Assembly (NCBI GenBank): GCA_963735595.1
Contig: CAVTLK010000002.1
Location: forward strand, 320,001 to 384,000
DNA length: 64,000 bases
Direction: 5' to 3'
Source: an uncultured delta proteobacterium
Lineage (GTDB): Bacteria > Desulfobacterota > Zymogenia > Zymogenales > Zymogenaceae
Below, piece by piece: positions 1 through 14,131 of this stretch. The stretch's first letter is position 1. Every line of letters starts with the position of its first letter. The notes below the pieces were generated by a model. The model worked only from the letters and a program-made list of their open reading frames with translations, was not told the origin of the DNA and did not search any database. The position numbers and the translations under genes are program-made.

Positions 1-96
1 ATTTATACGCTCATTACGATTATTTTCCAGCAGCGATACGAGCATTACGTACGCATGCTTCATGTAATTCTTGTCGGTAGTGACCAAGATATTCAA
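1..96 (-). CDS. Glycosyltransferase family 8 protein, N-terminus only (runs off the window edge)
   Basis: Not in the ORF track. Manual translation from TTG at 96 gives MNILVTTDKNYMKHAYVMLVSLLENNRNERIN, matching the typical GT8 start (I-x-x-x-D-x-N-Y...V-M-L-x-S-L-x-x-N-N). It follows gmd on the same strand. Confidence 0.7.
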   Translation of the reverse strand, partial: MNILVTTDKNYMKHAYVMLVSLLENNRNERIN

Positions 97-193
97 AGTC
101 CAGGTTCCTGCTCGATATCGTTAGTCGGTTGATCCAAATGACCCGCACAATAAGGCTGTTTCACCCTGATGCTGGTATATGCGACGCATTGGA

Positions 194-2582
<2,389 letters not shown>

Positions 2583-2586
<4 letters not shown>

Positions 2587-4007
2587 AGGTATTCTTCCAG
2601 CCCGGATTCCTTGAGCTTCTCGATGATCATCTTCACGTCCTGACTTCGGTCCTTGTTGGCCACCAGGATGACATCATCGGTTTCGACGATGATGATGTTC
2701 TCGATCCCTATCGTTGCCGCGAGCTTCTTGGGGCTGTAGATGATGCAGTTCTTCGTGTCTATACTGATGTGTCTGGACCATGTGACGTTGTTGTCCTTGG
2801 TCTTTTTGCTGATGAGGGCATCGAGCGCGGCCCATCCGCCGATATCACTCCACCCGATGTCGGCCGGCAGCACCAGCATGTTATCGGCATGTTCCAGGAC
2901 GCCGTAGTCGATTGATATTGATTCCAGGCGCGGATACGTTTCGGCCAGGACGTCCTCGATTTTTTCTCCGTCGCCGATTCTCTCCCGGATTTCCATGAGA
3001 ATCGAGTAGTTATCCGGCAGATACTTCTGGATGGAATCGAGGATCACGCCGGCCTTCCAGATGAAGATGCCTCCGTTCCAGTAGTAACTGGCGGACTTCA
3101 GGAATTTCTCGGCCAGTTTTTTTTCGGGCTTTTCCTCGAAACGGTCGACGGCAAAAAAGTCATGGCCGTTGAACGACGTATATCGACGGCCCTTTTTTAT
3201 ATACCCATATCCGGTTTCGGGATAGGTGGCCTTCATCCCGAGGGTAATGAGACAATCCTTTTGAGCGGCCAGATCATAGCTGACTTCCATTGCCTTTGTA
3301 GAAACCGTCCTCGTCCAAAATAAGGTGGTCCGCGGGAAAGACGGCCATCACCCCGTGTGGATTTTTTTCGTTTATGAGGATGGCGGCCAGTCCGATACAG
3401 GAGGCGGTATTTTTTGCGATCGGCTCAAATATCAGATTCTCTGGTGGGAATTTCGGGGAGGAGTTTCTCGAGCTCGTGCCGGTGTTCTTCGTTTGCGATG
3501 ATATAGATATTGTCTGCGGAGATGACCTTGTTGATCCTTTTGATCGTTTCGCGGATCATCGGCTCGGAGCTGATTATATCGAGCAGCTGCTTGGGCATTT
3601 TTTTTCTGCTTCTGGGCCAAAAACGCGTTCCGTGGCCCCCGGCCATGATAACGGCGTAGTAGTTCTTTTTTATACGGCCGTACTTATCCTCGAGACGCAC
3701 GACATCGTCAAGCTGGGCCGTGGAAACCTCAAGGACGTCGCATTCCTCGATTGCGATAAATCTATGCCGTACCTTCGGCATGATCCTGTATGATTGTCCC
3801 GGTTTCATGAGGATGCTTATGAGCCTACCGTTTTCCTCGACCTGCTAATTCCATAGAGCCCTGAGAAAGCAAGATGGTCTCATCTTTGAAGTTGTGGAAT
3901 TGCAGGCTGCTGCACTCGCCTTTGTAAATATGGAGGATCTTGCCCGCGTAACTCTCGGATTGGGCGTAAAGGATTTCGTATCCCCACGGTTTATCTATTC
4001 TTTTCAT
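2583..4007 (-). CDS. manC: N-terminal cupin (type II PMI-like) domain fused to mannose-1-phosphate guanylyltransferase, frameshifted
   Basis: Cupin motifs DKPWG..SSLQFH..KDET and DDVVRLEDKYGR; GMP motifs VIMAGGHGTRFWPRSR..PKQLL, PETGYGYI, WNGGIF, SIDYGVLE, GWSDIG. Spread over ORFs 3825..4007, 3425..3808 and 2583..3290. Confidence 0.85.
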
Positions 4008-4022
4008 AACCCTCTCCGATGG

Positions 4023-4043
4023 AAAAGAGGGGGAAATCCCCTC
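4023..4043 (-). terminator. Small terminator-like hairpin between wzt and manC
   Basis: Minus strand GAGGGGA-TTT-CCCCCTC followed by TTTT. Confidence 0.35.
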
Positions 4044-4105
4044 AACGTGCCCGCGCCGGGTAAGACCGACGAATACCGATAGTAACGGTTTAGCTCTTTC
4101 GGATT

Positions 4106-4882
4106 TTACGACTTCAGATAGCGTTCGATCGCCCCGTCGGTTTTCCCGAAGTAGACGAGTTCTCCGTCGACAAAATACATGCAGGAGGGACAGATCTTTC
4201 GTACCAGCGTCATGTTATGACTCACAAAGAGGATCGTCCTTTCGTCGTTCTTGAAACTCTGGATTCTCTCAAAGCACTTGCGCTGAAACTCGGCGTCACC
4301 AACGGCCAGGACTTCATCTAGAATCAGTATCTCGCTTTCAATATGCGCCGCGATTGAAAAGCCGAGGCGCACATACATGCCGCTTGAGTAGAATTTTACC
4401 GGCGTGTCGAGAAACTTTTCGATCTCGGCAAAATGGACGATCCGGTCAAACTTCTTGTTTATTTCGGCCCTTCTCATTCCGAGTATTGCCGCGTTCAGAT
4501 AGATATTCTCCCGCCCCGTCAGGTCGGGATGAAACCCGGTTCCAATCTCCAGGAGGCTCGTCAGGCGTCCCCTGATTCGTGCGGTTCCGATCGTCGGCTC
4601 GGTAATTCTGCACAGGATCTTGAGTAGTGTCGATTTGCCCGCGCCGTTCTTTCCGATGATCCCGACGGTCTGGCCCCTTTCTATTTGGAAAGAGACGTTT
4701 TCCGAAGCGCCCAGAAATCCTCACACCTTTCTACAGCGTCCGGGCGTAAGTCTTTCCTGGCTCTTCTTAGAATGTCTTTGTAAGGTAGTTTATCTTTTCG
4801 GTGAGGGTGGAATAGCGATCCGTCGGCCGATGAGAGATCCTGTATTTTTTTCCGATATTTTCCGAAACGATGCAAACTCCAT
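4106..4882 (-). CDS. wzt: Polysaccharide export ABC transporter ATP-binding protein, frameshifted
   Basis: GIIGKNGAGKSTLLKIL (Walker A, about 4615-4665), YSSGMYVRLGFS, ILILDEVLAVGD, LFVSHN. No C-terminal carbohydrate-binding domain. Confidence 0.88.
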
Positions 4883-4898
4883 GTAGTTCCCGTGACGG

Positions 4899-5770
4899 TC
4901 AAATTATGTCGGCGAAATATCTTTCCATTCTTTTGAAATAGTAGAGCCCCGAGACGAAGATAACAGACGAAACCGCCATTGATATTCCGAGGAGTTGCAG
5001 GTCCATATCCTTGTTGCCCAATATGCAGACACGGTGCGCGTCAATGACTCCCGACATCGGGTTCAGGTAGATAAGAAAGCGGTATTTCGTCGTAACAATG
5101 CTCGTCGGATAGACAACGGGTGTGATGAAGAGGAGCAACTGGATGAAAAAGGGAATAATATGCTGGATATCACGGAATCTTTACCGTTAGCGCGGAAAGC
5201 CATAACCCGAGTCCTATTGCCGTCAGCGTCGATGTGATCAGGATGACGGGAAGCATAAGAATATATATGCTGGGCGGGTACGAGTAGTAGAGCCATGATG
5301 CAGCGCCAGGAATAGAAGTGATATTAGGTAGTCGTAGATGCCCGAAAGACTATAGGAACAGGGAATAATTATTCGGGGGAAATATACTTTCGTTATGAGG
5401 GACTGGTTGCTTGACCAGACAGGCGCTCGAATTGAGAAGCGAATATGAGAAGTAATTCCAGAGCACCAGTCCGGAAAGACAGAACAAGGGATACGGTATA
5501 TCTTCAGACGGGACCTTTACGATTCCCCCGAAAACAACCGTGAGGATCACGATCGAGATGAACGGCTTGATGAAGGCCCACGCGAAACCGAGGACGGTTT
5601 GCTTGTAACGGGCCTTTATCTCTTTCCAGGCAAAAAAATAAAACAGCTCCCGATATACGATAAAGTCTCTCAGGTTAATCGGGATAAAGCCACTGGACGG
5701 CTTAATGACCAGCTCTTCGTCCGTGAGACGTCGCGTATTCGTCCAAATGGTCCTTTTTTCTGATTCATTG
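4899..5770 (-). CDS. wzm: Polysaccharide export ABC transporter permease, frameshifted (start approximate)
   Basis: YRELFYFFAWKEIKARYKQTVLGFAWA, FITPVVYP, LNPM, FKRMERYFADII. Confidence 0.88.
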
Positions 5771-5783
5771 AGGACCTTTGCCG

Positions 5784-6751
<968 letters not shown>

Positions 6752-7377
6752 CTAAACCGATACGGAATCTTGATCCAAAATAGACCATTCGTTTTCCCTG
6801 TTAATACTACGCACGGAAGAATGGATTTAGCGCCACACTATTTCAGATTGTGAGAAACAAGGATTATAGAGGTGATGTCCCTGTCTTGTCCGTCCGGGAA
6901 TACGCGAAAACCGCGTGTTTAGTATCACTCGAAACGGCCGTCAATTTAGTATAATTACTGAATATAAAGAACCGGCCCGTAAAGAGAGGAGCGTATATCC
7001 GGCGACCGGGCAACGTGGGCCGTGAGCGACGGTGAGACTGTTTCCCTCATATACGAGTTACCTGTCGATGCCAAAGAACCGGGTGATCTCCCTTTGGCAT
7101 AGATATACCGTAATCATTGATAAAAAGCAACTGTTTTCGGCGTTCACGGATATAGCCGGGTGTTTTCCGTATCTTTCGAAAAAAGGCACCATGCTCCCCG
7201 GGGACGCACGGACGCGTTTCCTGCGGGATGACAATGAGGAATCAGGGGGATTTTAGAAGTATCGGCGGAGCCTATATGAACAATCCCAAGGACAAGAAAA
7301 TAGTTGCATAATTTGCATGAATAGTATACAAATATAGTGAGTCTCAGGATTTTCTCAAAAGGGTCCCCTGGTGTAAT

Positions 7378-8517
7378 ATGACGATGACCGATATCCTTAC
7401 CACGCCCCACGCGTTGGGGACACACACCGCGCCCAACCGTCTCGTCGCCCAGGCGATGGAGACAAACTGCGCCGAAGGGGGCGGGATTACCCCCGGCATC
7501 ATCCGCAGGTATGAGGGGCTGGCCGAGGGTGGCTGGGGCATTGTTTTTATGGAGGCGGTTTCGATCACGGAACGGCACCTGGCGCGCAAACGCGGTCTGA
7601 TCATCACAAAGGACCGCCTGGACGGCTTCAAACGGCTGGTGGAAGCGTTCAGGAAGGCAAACGATCGGTCGCTCCTCCTGTTTCAGCTGAGCCACTCCGG
7701 GCGGCTGAGCGGCGCTTTTTCAAGGATGGTCAAGGCGTATGAGGACGACCTGACCGACGCGCCGGTGCTTTCGGAAGACGAGATCAATGAAGCGGTGGAT
7801 GACTGCGTAGCCGCGGCTTTATTGGCGCATGAGGCAGGGGCCGACGGGGTGGACATCAAGGCGTGCCACGGTTACCTGGGCGGAGAGCTGCTGCGCCCGG
7901 CCAACGGGCGGGCCGACCGGTACGGGGGCAGGCCCGAAAACCGCGCCCGGTACGTCGCCACCGTGATCAGTGAAATAAAGCGGCTCCATACCGGCTTTCT
8001 GGCGGGAAGCCGAGTATCATTGTTCGAAGGGATACGGGGCGGATGCGGCACCGCCGGCCCGGCGGAAGTGATCGAGGATCTTTCGGATATACTGGATGTC
8101 GTCTCGTCCATTGTTGCCGCCGGGGCCGACTTCATTAACGTTTCGGCGGGGATCCCCGCGCTGACCCCCGGCCTGACCCGTCCGACAGTCGCGAGCGACG
8201 TCAATCTCTACCACCATTTCCGTTACACGAAGGATGTCAAAGATCGTTTCCGGCGCACCGCCGTCATAGGTTCGGCCTATTCGGCGGGGCACGAACAAGC
8301 TGCCCGGTACGCCGGGGAAAACATCGAGAAGGGATATACGGATTTTGCGGGATTTGGACGGCAAAATCTGGCCGATCCCCTTTTCCCCCGAAAGCTCTTT
8401 TCCGGTTCCGACACGATAGACTACTGTACGTTGTGTGGGGGGTGTTCGCGCCTCCTCAAGAAACAGGAGACGGTCTTTTGCACGACATACGGGCCGAACC
8501 GGCGGGAGCGGACGTGA
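7378..8517 (+). CDS. NADH:flavin oxidoreductase (Old Yellow Enzyme family)
   Basis: NRLVAQAME, QLSHSGR, GADGVDIKACHGYL, DRYGG..ENR, GFGRQNLADP, C-terminal CTLCGGC..C. Confidence 0.88.
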   Translation: MTMTDILTTPHALGTHTAPNRLVAQAMETNCAEGGGITPGIIRRYEGLAEGGWGIVFMEAVSITERHLARKRGLIITKDRLDGFKRLVEAFRKANDRSLLLFQLSHSGRLSGAFSRMVKAYEDDLTDAPVLSEDEINEAVDDCVAAALLAHEAGADGVDIKACHGYLGGELLRPANGRADRYGGRPENRARYVATVISEIKRLHTGFLAGSRVSLFEGIRGGCGTAGPAEVIEDLSDILDVVSSIVAAGADFINVSAGIPALTPGLTRPTVASDVNLYHHFRYTKDVKDRFRRTAVIGSAYSAGHEQAARYAGENIEKGYTDFAGFGRQNLADPLFPRKLFSGSDTIDYCTLCGGCSRLLKKQETVFCTTYGPNRRERT

Positions 8518-8614
8518 TGTACGGTTCACGTCGGTTGCGGCCGATTCTACCCGAAACCGGCGTCGATTCCACGCGATATTCGCGCAGCCGCCCGAAGCCG
8601 AAAGGACTGTTACC

Positions 8615-9622
8615 ATGACGGAACCCGTAAAAAATCTCCAGGATATTGCGGCAATTTGCTCCGTCTCCGTCAGCACCGTGTCACGGGTGATCAACCACGA
8701 GCCGGGCATATCCAGAGAGACCGTACGGCGGGTCATGGAGGTAGTCCAGCGGTATAAATTTTCCCCGAGCAAGCGCAAGCGTCCGATCTCGCGCTCCCAA
8801 CTCAGGCTGCTCTTGATCGTTCCCGATGCGTCGGTTACCATGGACAATCCGTTTTTCGACATTGGCGAGCTTCTGAGATCGGTGGGCAGCGTCTTCTCCG
8901 GGGAAAAGAAGACCATTGAGACCTTTTCTTTTTCCCAGCTGTTTGACCCCGATCGGATCTCCCTTGAATCCGCCGACGGTGTCATATTCGCCTTCGGAGA
9001 CGTCGACCGCCGGGTTCTGGACTCGCTTCACACTGCGAGGATACCGTACATCTTTCTCAACCGCGTTCTGGATGACAATAACTACGTCTCCTGCAATCAT
9101 TATAAGGGGACGCTGCGGCTTGCCGAACACCTGGCGGCCCGAGGGTATAAACGTGTCGGGTACCTCGGCTGCGAGGCAATCCCGGTAAACGCGGATCGGA
9201 GGCGCGGGTATCTGACGGGGACGTTTGAGGCCGCGGGAAAAATCGACCCGTCACTGACTATCGAGGTTGCCTCGGTGGGAGAGGTAACGCAGGAGACGGC
9301 CCGTCATTTCGTAGGCCGGGGATGCGACGCCGTGATGTGTTTCAACGACAACTTCGCGATTCGGCTCATCATGGGGCTTTCGGATATGGGCAGGAAGGTT
9401 CCCAATGATATGGCGGTGACCGGTTTTGACGACTCCCCGCTCAGGAGGGTCTTTTTACCCTCGATCACGACGATCAGCCTTTCAACGTTCGAGATGGGTT
9501 TCTTCGCCGCGCGCTGGCTACGGGACAATATCCAGCACCGGGAGTCCCGGAGGATTCAGCTGGAGGTAAACGGCACCCTGATAGTCGGCGAATCGACCAC
9601 CCGAGGAGGGACCAATGGGTAA
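8615..9622 (+). CDS. LacI-family transcriptional regulator
   Basis: HTH LQDIAAICSVSVSTVSRVIN; DAVMCFND, VPNDMAVTGFDDS. Start moved to ATG 8615 after an AGGA RBS. Confidence 0.92.
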   Translation: MTEPVKNLQDIAAICSVSVSTVSRVINHEPGISRETVRRVMEVVQRYKFSPSKRKRPISRSQLRLLLIVPDASVTMDNPFFDIGELLRSVGSVFSGEKKTIETFSFSQLFDPDRISLESADGVIFAFGDVDRRVLDSLHTARIPYIFLNRVLDDNNYVSCNHYKGTLRLAEHLAARGYKRVGYLGCEAIPVNADRRRGYLTGTFEAAGKIDPSLTIEVASVGEVTQETARHFVGRGCDAVMCFNDNFAIRLIMGLSDMGRKVPNDMAVTGFDDSPLRRVFLPSITTISLSTFEMGFFAARWLRDNIQHRESRRIQLEVNGTLIVGESTTRGGTNG

Positions 9623-10395
9623 ACAACCAGGCGAGCCCCGGACCGCCCTGGTCACGGGCGGAAGCGCCGGTATCGGAAAGGCGGTCGCCCTGGCGCTGGC
9701 CTCCGAGGGATACACGGTCCTGATCTCCGGCCGGCGGCCCGACCGGGAGGCGGCCGAGCTCGTCGGGCGCCTCAACGAGGCCGCCGGGACCGACCGGTGC
9801 CGCTACGTTCGGGGAGATATCGCCGATGCGGCGTGCCGCGACCACCTGGTGAAGACAATCAGGGAAGAGTACAAAACGCTGACGGTCCTGGTAAACAATG
9901 CCGGCGTTACCACGCGGGACAGGAAGGACATGCTGGAGCTGACCGAGGACGATATAGTCGGTCTCCTTAAGGTTAACCTGATTGCCCCCTTCCTCCTCTC
10001 GGCCGCCCTAGCCGACCTCATGAACGGGAGACAAGAGCCGGCCTATATCATTAACGTATCTTCTATATCGGCCTATACCGCTTCCACGAACCGGGCCGAC
10101 TACTGCATCTCGAAGGCCGGTGTTTCGATGATGACTGCGCTTTTTGCCGACCGATTGGCGGCCGACAACATCCGCGTCTTCGAGGTGCGGCCCGGCATTA
10201 TCAGGACCGACATGACTGAACCGGCGGCCGAAAAATACGATCGTCTCATCGCGGAGGGGCTGCTTCCTATCGGACGCTGGGGAACGCCCGAGGACGTGGC
10301 CCGGGCCGTGCGTCGGGATCGTCCTGGGATACCATCCCTACAGCACCGGTTCCGCCGTCGACGTGGACGGCGGATTTCATATCAGGAGGCTCTAA
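9615..10395 (+). CDS. Short-chain dehydrogenase/reductase; frameshift near 10315
   Basis: TGGSAGIG, NNAG, S-x12-YCISK catalytic motif; true C-terminus ..STGSAVDVDGGFHIRRL* in another frame, ending at TAA 10393-10395. Confidence 0.88.
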
Positions 10396-10397
10396 CA

Positions 10398-12425
10398 ATG
10401 CGCCGGGGCGTCATTGCCGCAGGGGGGACCTCGCGTGCCGGTCATCGAGAGCCGGGTCTGTATCGTCGGCTCCGGGGCGGCGGCCCTCAATGCCGCGGTG
10501 CATCTTCGTCATCTGGGCGTCGATGACGTGATCATTGTGACCGAGCGCGTGGGAGGGGGCGTCTCGGCCAACGCCGGCTCGGACAAGCAGACCTATTATC
10601 GGACAAACCCGGCGGCGGCCGGCGGAGACGGGGTCCGGGAAACGGCCGAGAACGCTCTTTTCGGGCGGAGCGATGCACGGCGATATCGCCCTGGTGGAGG
10701 CGGCGCTGTCGGAGCGGGAATTCTATCATCTCGCGGAGCTGGGCGTGGATTTCCCTCACGACCGATACGGGGTCTACCCCGGCTACCGCACCGACCACGA
10801 CACGGCGGACCGGGGGACTTCGGCGGGGCCGGAGGACCTCGATCGAGATGGTCGCGCGGCTGGCCGATGAGGTCGAGCCGTCTCAAAATTCCTATCGTGG
10901 ACGGATTGACGGTCGTGGAGCTTATCACCGACTCGATGGACGGCGCCACGCGGGTGGCGGGGCTCGTGGGTTTGGAGCGGCCCCGCATCGGGCGGGACGA
11001 TACCTTCGGACTAACGGCGGTTATGGCAGATTACGTCGTATACGCTGTCGGCGGGCCCGGCGGGCTTTTCGGGACAGCGTCTACCCGCCCGACCAGGTCG
11101 GAGGATTGGGCGCGCCGCTGGCGGCGGGGGCGGTCGCCGTAAACCTCACGGAATCCCAGTTTGGTATCGCCTCGACGGGCTTTCGCTGGAATCTCTCCGG
11201 CAGTTACCAGCAGGTGCTGCCCCGATATATCTCTACCGACCCGGCCGGCGGCGATGCCCGGGAATTTCTCAACGCCGGGTTCCCCGACGCCGATCGCCTC
11301 TTCACCGCCCAGTTTCTGAAGGGCTACCAGTGGCCGTTTGACGTGCGCAAGCTCTCGGATTACGGCTCGTCCCTGATTGACCTTTTGGTCTTTGAAGAGA
11401 CCGTTATACGGGGGCGCCGGGCCTTTGCCGACTTTTCCCAAAATCCCGCCCACGGCGGCGTATCGTTCTCGATGGAGTCAGCCCCCGATGTCGTCAGGGA
11501 ATACCTCACGGCGTCCGGTGCTGCCGCCGATACCCCGGTGGGCCGGCTTCAAACCCTCAACCGGCCGGCCCGCGAGCATTTTCCTGGACAACGGCATCGA
11601 TCTCGCCACGGACAGGGTGCCGATCGCGGTCTCGTCATCAGCACACCAACGGCGGACTCGCCGGCTCGATCTGGTGGGAGACGACGATTCGCAACCTGTT
11701 TGCGGTCGGCGAATGCAACGGCAGCCACGGCATCTATCGGCCGGGCGGGGCCGCCCTGAACGCCGGCCAGGTCGGCTCGCTGAGGGCGGCCCAGATGATC
11801 GCCCATCGCAATGGCGGAAAGCGATCCTGGCGCGTCGGGAAGACGGGCCACGGCAACGGCCCTGGAGAGGCTCGTCCGAATCTATTCGGGACTTTCGTCC
11901 CGGCCTAACCGTATCGACACTGACAAGGAACGGAACCGTATCCAGCGGCGTATGTCGCGGGTTATGGGGATCGTCCGAAATGCCGAAGACGTTGCCCACG
12001 CCCTCGAGGAGAACCGGGAGATGATCGACGCCCACCGGTCGGGGGGGCTGAGCGGCCGGGAAGAGCTCCTTGCGTTCGTCAAGAACGAGGACCTCCTGAT
12101 AAGTGAGCGGGCGTGCCTTGCCTCGGCGAAGTTTCTCCTTGGTGTCCTCTCCGGGGCGCGAGGGTCGTTTCTGGTCGGGCGGCGCGATATGATCGAGGCC
12201 CTAACGAAGTGCCGAGCCGGCACGAGATCACCGGACGTGTTCCCGGACGAGTCGATGAACGACCGCGTTCTCGAATGTGTCCTGGATGGGGACCTTAGCC
12301 CGCACGTCCGGTTGGTCGGCGTTCGCCCGATCCCCAACGAGACCGCGCCGTTCGAGCGGACGTGGGCCGCGTACCGGGACGGCGCCTTTTATCGCGATAT
12401 TCCCTTTGACGGGGGCAAACCATGA
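10398..12425 (+). CDS. FAD-binding oxidoreductase (succinate dehydrogenase/fumarate reductase flavoprotein superfamily), multiply frameshifted
   Basis: IVGSGAAAL dinucleotide motif, NAGSDKQTYY, NLTESQFG, QHTNGGL, NLFAVGECNGSHGIYRPGGAALN. Pieces lie in ORFs 10414, 10673, 10848 and 11811. Confidence 0.8.
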
Positions 12426-13058
12426 AGAAGCGGGTACTGGTGGTCTCGGCGGGCCTGGTTCACCCGACGTCTTTCGGCGCGAAGGCATCTGGAGGGCATT
12501 ATCAGCGCATACGGGCTAATCGACCATACCACCGTCCGCGACGTCGAGGCCCTCACGCGCCTGGACCGGGATGAATTTTCCGGCGCGGTCCTCTATTTTC
12601 ATCGGCGGCACATCTCCGACAGGGCGCTTGGCGTCCTGGATCGGTTCGTGAAGGGGGGAGGGGGGCTGCTGGCGATCCACGGGGCATCGGCCTCCTTCAA
12701 GAAGACCCCACGGTATTTCGACATCCTCGGCGGGCGGTTCGTGGGCCACGGTAAAATAGAGGCGTATACGGTGTTCAGGATCGGGGGAGACGACCCCCTG
12801 TTTGCCGTTACCGAGCCATTCGCCGTCATCGACGAGCTCTATATCCACCGCTATGACAGCGACGTGACCGTTCACTACGCGACCGAGAGGACGGGCAGTA
12901 CCGAGCCGGTGGTCTGGACAAAGACGCACGGGAAGGGGCGGGTCTGCTATATCTCCCTGGGACACGTGAGCGAGGTTCTCAAGGGCAAGGAGGTAAGACA
13001 GATTATAACGGATGCCCTCTCATTTATCGTAGGAACCCGATCGGAAGGCAAGCAATGA
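12422..13058 (+). CDS. ThuA-like (class I glutamine amidotransferase fold) protein, frameshifted
   Basis: GGGLLAIHGASASF, ILGGRFVGH, DELY, WTKTHGKGRVCYISLGH. Confidence 0.82.
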
Positions 13059-14083
13059 AGAGGTTTAAACTGGCGATCGTCGGATGTGGCGATATTGCCC
13101 GGTACGTCGCGCTCGGATGCCTGATCAACCGAAAGATTACGGCGGTCGCCTGTATGGACAGCGACGAAGCAAAGGCCCGCGCGTTCGGGCGGCGTTTCCG
13201 GATCGGGCAGGTATTTGACGACTACGACCTGATGCTTGAGAGCGCCGGGGCCGACGCCATCTACCTGGCCGTACCCCACCACCTGCATCGGGCGATGATC
13301 GAGAAGGCCGTTGCCCGGGGGCTTCCGGTGTTGTGCGAAAAGCCTATCGCCACTGCTCTGGACGACGGGATGGCGATCTGCCGGCTTGCCCGGGAGACCG
13401 GGATCAAGATAGGGATCAACTATCAATACCGGTACGATACCGGGTGCTACCGGCTTTTCAGGGCCGCCCAGACCGGTGCGCTCGGCAGGCCCCTGTACGG
13501 CCGCTGCAATATCCCCTGGCACCGGGGACCGGACTACTTTTCCGGCGCCCCGTGGCACGCCGGCAAGGACGCGAGCGGCGGCGGCACGCTGATCACCCAG
13601 GCAAGCCATATCATCGATATCGCCATCCTGGCGCTTGGCGGGGAGCCGGTAACCGCCCGGGCAGATATAGCCCGGCGGGTGTTTTCCGACGTCGAGGTGG
13701 AGGACCTCGGCATGGGGATCGTGGGGCTGTCCAACGGCGCGCTGCTGTCGATAAGCAGCTCCATGATCGCCGTACCCGAACGGCCGGCGACAATCGAGGT
13801 ATACGGGAGCGCGGGCACGGGCATCTATACCGGATCGGCGTTTTCATCCGTGCGGTTTTTCGGGACGAAGCCCACGCGCCACCGCGTCCCGGTGGGGGGG
13901 TTGCACGCGTTGTTTCGGAGCGTCGAAGGCTTCCGGCGCTGGGTGCAGCACGACGTCGACTACCTGATCCCGGCCCCTTCCTCCCTTCGGGTCCTGGCGG
14001 TCGTGGAGGCGCTCTACCGCTCGGCGGCAAGCGGCAGGCGCGAGACCGTGGACGACCGCTACCTGCGCTTCACCACGACCTGA
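13055..14083 (+). CDS. Gfo/Idh/MocA family NAD(P)-dependent oxidoreductase
   Basis: AIVGCGDIA, YLAVPHHLH, VLCEKP, GGGTLITQASHIID. Confidence 0.92.
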   Translation: MKRFKLAIVGCGDIARYVALGCLINRKITAVACMDSDEAKARAFGRRFRIGQVFDDYDLMLESAGADAIYLAVPHHLHRAMIEKAVARGLPVLCEKPIATALDDGMAICRLARETGIKIGINYQYRYDTGCYRLFRAAQTGALGRPLYGRCNIPWHRGPDYFSGAPWHAGKDASGGGTLITQASHIIDIAILALGGEPVTARADIARRVFSDVEVEDLGMGIVGLSNGALLSISSSMIAVPERPATIEVYGSAGTGIYTGSAFSSVRFFGTKPTRHRVPVGGLHALFRSVEGFRRWVQHDVDYLIPAPSSLRVLAVVEALYRSAASGRRETVDDRYLRFTTT

Positions 14084-14131
14084 GGCTGCCATCGTTATTT
14101 ATAAAGTTTATCACTATCATGTGAGGATGCC

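Noticed and set aside
7306..7320. TGCATAATTTGCA near-palindrome as the LacI operator
   Set aside because: It lacks the central CG typical of LacI operators and overlaps an AT-rich promoter-like tract; too weak to call.
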